Made by a program: the position numbers and the translations under genes. Below are positions 9,687 to 17,874 of a DNA stretch of 32,000 nucleotides, in pieces (position 1 is the stretch's first letter; every line of letters begins with the position of its first letter). Origin of the DNA: an uncultured Rivularia sp. (GTDB lineage Bacteria; Cyanobacteriota; Cyanobacteriia; Cyanobacteriales; Nostocaceae); NCBI GenBank assembly GCA_963665115.1, contig OY762007.1:3066053-3098052 (forward strand), in the 5' to 3' direction. Below the pieces are notes generated by a model. It made no database searches and was not told the origin of the DNA. It saw only the letters and a program-made list of their open reading frames with translations.

Positions 9687-9899
9687 TGATTAACCCCTTA
9701 ATAGTTCGTAGTAAGATTTACTTTTAGATAGATACAGCAACGGTGCATATTAAAGCTGAGTACAGATAATTATTCGCTTATTTTTGGAGCAAAGATTTAA
9801 TTAATTATGCTCGTTAATTGTGAAAATTACTGTATCAGTTTAGACTTTATTAAATAGTATTAATACTAATGAGATATATTTGTTTATTCATTGTATTAA

Positions 9900-11449
9900 C
9901 TAATCTTGCTTTGGCTTTGCGCCGAAAGATTCTATCAAAATACCCTTTAAGACATTATTAATCTCGTCACAGGGAATACCTTTCTGTACGCAAGTCCCTA
10001 ATTGGGCATCTTTGCCTACCTTGCCTCCCATATACAAGTCCACCCCTTCAACCGTCTTGCCATCTTTACGAACCTTTGTTCCCATCAGTCCGATATCGGC
10101 TACCTGCGGTTGTCCGCAAGAGTTAGGACAGCCTGTCCAATGAATTCTTACAGATTTGGGCATCTCCAATTCTGCGTCAAGTTGTTTGGCTAATGCCAAG
10201 GCTCTATTTTTGGTTTCCACCAGCGCAAAGTTGCAAAATTGAGAACCCGTACAAGATACCAAAGCCCTTTCTAAAGGTTGGGGTTCGATCGTAAATTTTT
10301 GCAGCAAAGGTTCAGTAAGGAAAACTTGCAAATTATCGTCAATAATATTGGGAATAATTGCGTTTTGCTCAACAGTTAAGCGCACTTCACTATTACCGTA
10401 AACTTCGGCTAGCTGTGCTAAATCAAACATATCTTGAGCATCAAGCCGTCCCCCACGGGAATGTGTAAACCAACGTAATTTAAACCAGGTTGGTTTTGCT
10501 TATAAACCCCAATGCAATCTCTTTTTTCCCAATCGATTTCGTCTTTTTCGGCTGCGGTTGCTAAGGTACGTCCAAATTCTTGTTCCACCATTGAACGGAA
10601 TTTCTCGATTCCCAATTCATCAATCAGCCACATTAATCTGGATTTTTGACGATTAGCTCTTGCTCCGTTATCCCGAAAAATAGATAAAATTGCTCGACAT
10701 AAATCGACAACATCGTCGTTGTTGGGAGGAACCCAAGCATTTAGAGGTATTGCACCTTCACAACGTTTAGCAGAGAAAAAGCCACCAACTAAAACGTTGA
10801 ATCCTAAATCGCCGTTTTTATAAGCTGGAACAAAGGCAATATCGTTGATTTCGGCATGAACTGAATTATCCCGTCCCCCTTCAATCGCAATATTAAATTT
10901 TCGAGGAAGATTAGTAAATGCATAATTACCTTTACCATTATTGGTAATCATGTCTTGAACTTTCTGCACTAATTCACGGGTATCAATCAGTTCCGAACCA
11001 TCAATCCCTGCAACTGGCGAACCAGTAATATTACGAACATTATCCATCCCCGACTGCATAGAAGTCATTCCTACTGCATCCAGACGACGAAAAATATCTG
11101 GTATATCTTCGAGACGAACTCCCCGCAACTGAATATTTTGGCGAGTTGTAATATCGGCACAACCATCAGTTCCGTATCGCTGCACAATTTCGGCAAGCAC
11201 CCGTAACTGACTGCTAGATAAAATCCCGCTAGGGATTCGCATCCGCAACATGAATTTACCTGGTGTAACGGGACGATAGAAGACTCCTACCCATTTAAGA
11301 CGATGTTCCAAATCTGATTTTTCCATCGCCTCCCAACCGATTTGGGCAAATTTTTCTAGTTCGTCTTTAACGTCTAATCCATCTTTTTCCGCTTTAATTT
11401 TTTCAAATTTATTAAGAGTTGCAGGTTTATTTGATTGGGTAGTAGACAC
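9900..11449 (-). pseudogene. nirA: Ferredoxin-nitrite reductase NirA, interrupted by a frameshift at a G5 run
   Basis: ORFs 10418..11449 (343 aa) and 9900..10430 (176 aa, with the CTGSQFC...CPNSCG siroheme/4Fe-4S cysteines) are the two halves. On the - strand CCC GTG GGG GAC GGC TTG should continue as ..RLDAQDMFDLAQLAEVYG in another frame. The break is at the + strand C-run 10450-10454. The span is 1550 nt (3n+2). Confidence 0.85.
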
Positions 11450-11616
11450 GGTTGGTTTACCTTAAAAATCCAAGATTAACTGGTAGAGAAGAGTTGCGAA
11501 TATTTACACTATCGTGCGATCGAATTGATTTCTTTTGCCCCAAAATTATCAATCAAAGTGTTTCAATATTTACTTGGTTAAGTACTCATTAAATAAATAA
11601 ACTCGTTGTTTATTTT

Positions 11617-11655
11617 GTATCGCTTGTAACTATTTATTCTTTTTATGGTTAAAAT
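11617..11655 (+). promoter_or_regulatory. Imperfect NtcA-like promoter candidate for the HEAT-repeat gene: GTA-N8-AAC, N19, TAAAAT
   Basis: GTAtcgcttgtAAC at 11617-11630 and TAAAAT at 11650-11655, read directly. One half-site deviates from the consensus. Confidence 0.2.
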
Positions 11656-11796
11656 TTTGCGTTATTTGCATGAATTTTATTTATTTTTTGCATATTATCA
11701 TCAAAAAACAGCATTACATATTCTCTAAGAGAACGGTAAATACTTAAAATTCGTGACACAGTTAAATAAGAACCACGTAAAATCAACGCTCTTACT

Positions 11797-13020
11797 TTGG
11801 TAATATATCAAATGTTAGAAACTCTTGACATAATTGCGGATGCTGTAACAGAAGCGAATTGGATACTGGTTAATCAGCAGTTACATCAGCTATTAGACAA
11901 GAATCGGGTAAAGGCTGTAGAAAACGGTGAATTAGAACAAGCTGTTGCAATCGCCATACAAATTTTGCGAGTAGGGGATTTTCAAACCAGGTGGGATATA
12001 GCAAAGGTTTTCCCCAAAATAGGTAAACCAGCAGTTGTTCCCTTACTCGAAATATTGTCAGACGAAAAAGCTGATTTGGAGATTCGTTGGTTTGCGCTTC
12101 GCATTTTAGGAGAATTTAACGAACCGCAAATAGTTATATCCTTAGTAAAATTACTTGAAGAAACACAAGAAGAAGAATTGGCGATCGCCTGTTCCCAAAC
12201 GCTAGCAAAAATCGGACAACCTGCGATTAGTGGGTTAACTGAATTACTCCTTGACGAAAAATCTAGGTTGCTAGCAGTAAAATCTCTTGCTCAAATTCGC
12301 CGCTCGGAAGTCATCGAACCTTTACTTTCGGTTGTCGATGATTCTATAGCAGAAATGAGAGTTACAGCAATTGAAGCTCTCGGTAGTTTTCACCACAAAC
12401 ATTTAATTCCTGTATTTATTAAAGCTTTGCAAGATACATCTTTTTCTGTTCGCAAAGAAGCAATTATCGCTTTAAAAATGCGTGCTTATCTTAAAGAAGA
12501 ATTTGATTTAGTTAATCATATACAACCTTTGCTTTACGACTTTGATTCACAAGTGTGTCAGCAAGCAATATTAGCAATGGGATGTATGAAAGACGAGGCG
12601 GCGATTAAAGCGTTGTTTGATATTTTGAATTTTAAAAATACTCCTTTATTTCTGAAACAAGAAGTAGTGCGTGCTTTGAATTGGAGTAGTAGTTTTACAG
12701 CTTTAGATTATTTAAAAGAAATTCTTTATTCAAACGATATTGCACTGAGTAAAGAAATTATTAATGTGTTGGGGAGACAAGAATCAGTTAAGTTAAAGTC
12801 TTATGCTGCTGAGATTTTGATTGACTTTGTTAATAGCGAATTAGAAATAACGCATCAGTCGGGGATAAAACAGGTAGTAGCGACATCTTTGGGAGAATTG
12901 GGAGATTTACGCGCTTTGACTCATCTTGAGAAAATGGCTTTGGATGATGATTCTAAGGTTAGATTGTATGCGAGGGCTGCGGTTAAGAAATTGAATGGTA
13001 GACTTTATCCGACACCCTAG
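11797..13020 (+). CDS. HEAT-repeat (PBS-lyase-like) protein, divergent from nirA; possibly a NirB-like accessory protein
   Basis: 407-aa ORF (TTG 11797, or ATG 11812) with repeated ..R..A..ALG.. helical units (IRWFALRILGEF, MRVTAIEALGSF, VRKEAIIALK, VRLYARAAV). The NirB link rests on position only. Confidence 0.7.
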   Translation: MVIYQMLETLDIIADAVTEANWILVNQQLHQLLDKNRVKAVENGELEQAVAIAIQILRVGDFQTRWDIAKVFPKIGKPAVVPLLEILSDEKADLEIRWFALRILGEFNEPQIVISLVKLLEETQEEELAIACSQTLAKIGQPAISGLTELLLDEKSRLLAVKSLAQIRRSEVIEPLLSVVDDSIAEMRVTAIEALGSFHHKHLIPVFIKALQDTSFSVRKEAIIALKMRAYLKEEFDLVNHIQPLLYDFDSQVCQQAILAMGCMKDEAAIKALFDILNFKNTPLFLKQEVVRALNWSSSFTALDYLKEILYSNDIALSKEIINVLGRQESVKLKSYAAEILIDFVNSELEITHQSGIKQVVATSLGELGDLRALTHLEKMALDDDSKVRLYARAAVKKLNGRLYPTP

Positions 13021-13042
13021 AAGGGTGCGGCTACACAAACAA

Positions 13043-13127
13043 AGCCCACCTGCGTGGGCTTGGAAACTCTCATAGCCCACGCAGGTGGGCTTTGTAGTAT
13101 TAGCCCCAGGCTTATAGCCTGCGGGCT
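13043..13127. repeat. Cluster of GC-rich hairpin repeats between convergent genes; possible bidirectional terminators
   Basis: AGCCCAC-ctgc-GTGGGCT (13043-13060), its inverted copy AGCCCAC-gcag-GTGGGCT (13074-13091), and AGCCCCAGGCT..AGCCTGCGGGCT followed by TTTTT (13102-13130). Confidence 0.5.
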
Positions 13128-13410
13128 TTTTGCCTGGATTACTCCCTTCCCGTACAATTAACCATCTCTCCTTATCTCTTTCCTCTGCGCTCTCTGCGTC
13201 TCTGCGGTTTTTTATATTAAAGGGATTGAGGGGAAGAAGAGGTGATATCAAATCTGTTGGTATCGGGATTATATTTTTTACAGCCTCGGAGCGCGGAGGT
13301 AAGCGCAGAGGGGCGCGGAGTTTTATTAGTGATGTATTTGGTAATTCCGATGTAAGGAGTGAAAGAAGTGAGGGGGATTGGGAATTAGGAGGTTTCCTAA
13401 TTATCGGGGG

Positions 13411-16400
13411 TTAATTTTGTAATTTATGTAATTCATTCATTACATCTTTATAAACATAAGTATGACCTTGAGCTTTTGATAATTCTGCTGCTTTTTGTAA
13501 TTCTTGAATAGCTTTTTGTTTATTCCCTAATTTAATTAGAGTTAATCCTCTTTGGTAGTAATAAAAATCAGCATTATTAGGATTTATTTCAATAGCTTTG
13601 CTATAATCAGCTAATGCTAAATTATATTTTTTCTGTTTTCGGTAAGAATTTGCTCGCGATATATAATTAGAAGCAGGATAGTTACTAGAATCAAGTTCAA
13701 TAATTTTACTGTAATCAGCTATAGCTAAATCCCATTTTTCTTGCTCTTTGTAAATCTGTGCCCGATAACTGTAAGCAATAAGATTTTCAGGCTCAAGTTC
13801 AATAACTTTACTCAAATCAGGTATAGCTAAATCTTTTTGTTTTTGGCTATTATAAATAGTTGCTCTTTTAAGATAAGCTTCAGTATTGTGAGGATTCAGT
13901 TCAATAACTTTACTCCAATCAGCTAAAGCTAAGTTATATTGATACCGTTCATCATAGTATTTAGCTCTATTGTAATAAGCTTCAGAATTATCCGGATTAC
14001 TTTGAATTGCTAAATCCAATTGTTTCTTTTTTTGTATATCCTTTTGTATGGATTGGAGTAAAATATTTGCATAACTATATGAAGTAGTTTGACCTTGAGC
14101 TTTAAATAGTTGGGCTGCTTTATAGTAATCTTGAACAGCTTTATTTTTATCCTTAAGTTTTTCATACATAAATCCTCGGTAAGCGTATGCTTCACCATTT
14201 TGAGGATTGAGTTGAATTGCTTTATTATAATCAGCTAGCGCTAATTCCGATTTATACCGTTTATTATAAATATGACCACGGTAAATATAAGCTCTAACAT
14301 TCTGAGGGTCAAGTTTTAAGATTTCGTCTAAGTTAGCTTTAGCCAAATCCATTTTTTCTTGGATTACGTAAATTAATGCTCGATTAAAATAAGCTTCAAT
14401 ATCTTGAGGTTCAAGTTTAATTATTTTATTGTAATAAGCTATTGCAGAATTAAACTGTTGTTTCTCGATTTTTAATTCTCTTGAAACATATGAAAATGGA
14501 TCGTAATAATCAAAACCAAACTTTATTGCTTTTTTGATATCAGCCATTGCTAAATCCCACTTTTGTTGTTCGAGATAAATAAGCCCACGGTAAGCGTAAA
14601 TTTTATCTGACTTAGGATTAAGTTTAATGACTTTATTGTAATCAGCCAGTGCTAAATCCCATTTTTCCTGGCTTCGATAACTATTTGCTCGCTTAAAATA
14701 AGGTTCAAAATTTTTAGGCTTAAGTTGAATCCATTTACTATAATCGGCTATCGCTAAATCCCATTTTTGCTGCTCTACATATAAACGCCCTCGGAGCTGG
14801 TAAGCATCATCTGATTTAGGATTCAATTCAATTGCTTTATCAAAATCAGCTTTAGCTAAATCCCATTTTTTCTGTGCCATATACATAATTCCTCTCCAAG
14901 AGTAATTAATTGCACTAGGATTTAGTTTGATTGCTTCTGTCATCGTTGCTTGTGCTTCTGTATAGCGTTGTAAATAAATCAAAGTTGTCCCTTTCACAAA
15001 ATATCCGCTAGGATTTTTTGGCTGAAGTAGAATTGTTTTATTTGCTGCGATTAATGCTTTATCATATTGTTCTATGTTCATGTACATAAAACTCAGTATT
15101 CGCCAAGCACCAACATAATCAGGTTTGAGTTTTACCGCTTGCTCAAATGTTTCTACAGACTCTTTATATTTCTCTTGGCTTGAAAAGTTTAAACCTTTAC
15201 CAAAATAAGCTAGGTAAGCGAAAGATGATTTACGTTTAATTACTTCATCAAAGGCTTTATCTGCTTCTTCATATCTTCCTAAACGCAACAGTTGGTTTCC
15301 TCTTTCTAACCATTTGTCAGCTGTTGCATTTCCACCTGAAACCTCTGCTGTTAGTGCTGCTTTTTTAATAGATTCAATTTGTTGAGGATTCAGTTGAGGT
15401 GGTCTATTATTTTCTAAATTTTGCGGTTTTACACCCAATCTGGGAACCAACCCTAAAAAGGTACTTACAGGAATCCCCAAACTAAATCCTATCTGAATTT
15501 GACATTTAGAACCAGAACCCCCACAGTCTCCTGTTTTTGAATCATAGGCTTCTTCCCCTTCAGCACGTCCGTGAATACCTATTACTCGCCCTTGTGAATT
15601 TAAAACTGGACCACCACTCATTCCACCATAAGTGATGCTGGTGTAAACTAACTCATATCCTCCAGTTAAGGAATTGATACCTTTTGAACCTAAAGAGCCT
15701 ACTCCTGATCGCGAAAAGTCGGAATCTTTTACTAATAATAATCCCTCTTCTTTACTAGTAATTTGCCCGACAGTAAACCGCCAAGGAGAATCATTACCTA
15801 ATTTGGGATATCCCGCAGTAAACATATAGTCATCTTCATTAGGATTGTAATTTGCAAGAGTTGCTATTTGATAATCTCCAGAACTTTTAAATTTAACTAC
15901 CGCTAAATCAACCCCTTCCTCAATTTTGATGCTGCTTTTATCTACAGAATATTTATTTCCATCTGGTGCAAGTATTTCATAATTAAATCCACCGCATGGC
16001 TTTGTTGCATCTACTCTTTCACACAACACATGAGCCGATGTTAAAACTGTGTAATTATTCCCTTCTCTAGCAATAATTATTCCCGAACCATTGGCGTTAC
16101 TACTGCTATCAATTCTGACAGTAAATTGTTTAGCTTTTTGTTCTAAATCCTTTACCCATTTTGGATAGTCTGGTTCCAGTATTGTATTTTTACCTTCTGG
16201 AAAAGGCAATTTATAAGCAGTCAAAACATCACCATCAACCCACGTTAAAACAGTTGAAATCGGAATTCCCCAACTCAACTTTCTCATTTCTCTAATTTCT
16301 GCTTGATTCGGACGTTTACCGTTTTGATAAACATAACCAGAATTTAAAATAGGATAAGCACTTTTACCATTTATCCCTACAAGTTCACCCATTGAATTAA

Positions 16401-16971
16401 GAATTGCACCACCGCTCATTCCTTGTTCGATGTTGCTGCTGTAACCGATTTCGTATCCTTCTTTTAAGTTAGAAGTCTTTTTAACTTCTCCTTCGCTAAA
16501 TATAATATTTCCCGTGGAACCAGAAAAACCCGCAGCAACTACGGGAGTATTAATTTCAGGAGTAGTTTTAGCAATTTCTGATAAACAATAACTTTGACTG
16601 CTTTGGAATTTTAATAAAGTTATATCTGATTTTTTAAATTTATTTTGCGGTACAATTTCTGCTGAATAGGTTTTACCGTCGGCAGTTTGCAATGTAATCG
16701 AATTAACTCCTTGGATAACGTGAGAATTGGTTAACACTAAATAATTATTTCCTTGTTTACCGATAAGCGTTCCCGAACCACCGTTGCGATCGCCGATGAT
16801 TTTTACTGTGATTTTATTGGCTAGGGTTTGTAATTGTTTTGTTGAATAAAATTCCTCTTCTCGTTCGATTCTGCAAATTGAATTTTGAGCAATGGAAGCA
16901 GGAGCGGCTTTGATGGGGATGGGGATTTGGAGCAGGAGTAGGGAGGAAAGAAAGATTAGATTGCGGTTCAT
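13411..16971 (-). CDS. Secreted protein with two trypsin-like (S1/Trypsin_2) serine protease domains followed by a long TPR array
   Basis: 1186-aa ORF with signal-peptide-like MNRNLIFLSSLLLLQIPIPIKAAPA. Domain 1: LTNSHV / DITLLKF / GMSGGAILN. Domain 2: LTSAHV / DLAVVKF / GGMSGGPVLN. More than a dozen 34-aa repeats of the type W(D)LAxADYxKxIxLNP. Confidence 0.85.
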   Translation of the reverse strand: MNRNLIFLSSLLLLQIPIPIKAAPASIAQNSICRIEREEEFYSTKQLQTLANKITVKIIGDRNGGSGTLIGKQGNNYLVLTNSHVIQGVNSITLQTADGKTYSAEIVPQNKFKKSDITLLKFQSSQSYCLSEIAKTTPEINTPVVAAGFSGSTGNIIFSEGEVKKTSNLKEGYEIGYSSNIEQGMSGGAILNSMGELVGINGKSAYPILNSGYVYQNGKRPNQAEIREMRKLSWGIPISTVLTWVDGDVLTAYKLPFPEGKNTILEPDYPKWVKDLEQKAKQFTVRIDSSSNANGSGIIIAREGNNYTVLTSAHVLCERVDATKPCGGFNYEILAPDGNKYSVDKSSIKIEEGVDLAVVKFKSSGDYQIATLANYNPNEDDYMFTAGYPKLGNDSPWRFTVGQITSKEEGLLLVKDSDFSRSGVGSLGSKGINSLTGGYELVYTSITYGGMSGGPVLNSQGRVIGIHGRAEGEEAYDSKTGDCGGSGSKCQIQIGFSLGIPVSTFLGLVPRLGVKPQNLENNRPPQLNPQQIESIKKAALTAEVSGGNATADKWLERGNQLLRLGRYEEADKAFDEVIKRKSSFAYLAYFGKGLNFSSQEKYKESVETFEQAVKLKPDYVGAWRILSFMYMNIEQYDKALIAANKTILLQPKNPSGYFVKGTTLIYLQRYTEAQATMTEAIKLNPSAINYSWRGIMYMAQKKWDLAKADFDKAIELNPKSDDAYQLRGRLYVEQQKWDLAIADYSKWIQLKPKNFEPYFKRANSYRSQEKWDLALADYNKVIKLNPKSDKIYAYRGLIYLEQQKWDLAMADIKKAIKFGFDYYDPFSYVSRELKIEKQQFNSAIAYYNKIIKLEPQDIEAYFNRALIYVIQEKMDLAKANLDEILKLDPQNVRAYIYRGHIYNKRYKSELALADYNKAIQLNPQNGEAYAYRGFMYEKLKDKNKAVQDYYKAAQLFKAQGQTTSYSYANILLQSIQKDIQKKKQLDLAIQSNPDNSEAYYNRAKYYDERYQYNLALADWSKVIELNPHNTEAYLKRATIYNSQKQKDLAIPDLSKVIELEPENLIAYSYRAQIYKEQEKWDLAIADYSKIIELDSSNYPASNYISRANSYRKQKKYNLALADYSKAIEINPNNADFYYYQRGLTLIKLGNKQKAIQELQKAAELSKAQGHTYVYKDVMNELHKLQN

Positions 16972-17041
16972 TTTTTTGGTGGGTGAATAGATGGCGAATG
17001 AATAATGAATAGCGGGGGATTTTTTCTTTGTTGCGGAAAAT

Positions 17042-17094
17042 GTAGAGACGCGATATTATGCCCTATCGGGCAGGCTGCGCTAACGCGTCTCTAC
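17042..17094. repeat. Dispersed hairpin repeat (GTAGAGACGCG ... CGCGTCTCTAC)
   Basis: 11-bp perfect inverted repeat, 17042-17052 / 17084-17094. The related GTAGAGACG motif recurs at 22018. Confidence 0.5.
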
Positions 17095-17428
17095 AAATCA
17101 ATGGGTGGGTAACAAACAGTTACTAATTACGTTAAATTTAGGTAATCAAATTGACCGTACAAGATGCATTAATCTCAGTCAATACACTTAACGGCAATAT
17201 TTTTGTGTAAATTCATCTTCAACCCTTGGAAATAAGCTTCTGATGGCATTACTGTCCGAATAATGATTTTTTACGCAAATTATTGAATTTTTTGGAAGTA
17301 TTTTATTCTTTTGTGGCGAATATTCGGATTGATTGTTCGTAGCTTTCATATCATCCACTTGTTAAGCAACCATTGATGATAAAAACCGAAAGCTGATATC
17401 TTTCACCATTGTCGTTAAGCTCAAATAC

Positions 17429-17545
17429 CCGCCTCGGAATCAATTCCAAGGCTTATATACAAAGTACGTTTTAACGTACTAAAAGCCTTGTTCAGTCGGA
17501 TTTATCAGACTTTGTGTATTAGCCTGAGAATTTATTCTAAGGCGG
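17429..17545. mobile_element. MITE-like element (about 117 bp) with ~25-bp terminal inverted repeats, nested inside two further inverted-repeat pairs
   Basis: TIRs CCGCCTCGGAATCAATTCCAAGGCT (17429-17453) and AGCCTGAGAATTTATTCTAAGGCGG (17521-17545). Internal hairpins AGTACGTTttAACGTACT and CAGTC..atttatCAGACT. A second copy lies at 27788-27913. Confidence 0.55.
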
Positions 17546-17874
17546 TTTAGGAAGCTAACAAAAATGGTGAAAGATATAACATTGCCAGAGTTGGGTTGCA
17601 CTCCGCTTAACCCAACCTACGAATTCATTAACTACGAACAATTGACAATAACGTGAGTCCTATTATCTATTTAACTAGTATAAAAACAACAAAAGAACCA
17701 TTGTTTTACCGTTCGAGGTAGCAATATAAGTGACAATTACTACAAAAAAATATTGAAACAGTATTTCTCTTAATATTTTATAGTTCCAATTTGACAATTT
17801 TATTTATTCAAATAGTAATAAACGTACAAATAAATATTAGAATATAAAGTTCGTCCAGGCGTGTAATTCCTCCC

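Noticed and set aside
12907-13414. ORFs 12907..13251 (-) and 13130..13414 (+) in the HEAT/protease spacer
   Set aside because: They span hairpin repeats and inverted repeats (CCTCTGCGC / GCGCAGAGG), and no coding signal is visible.
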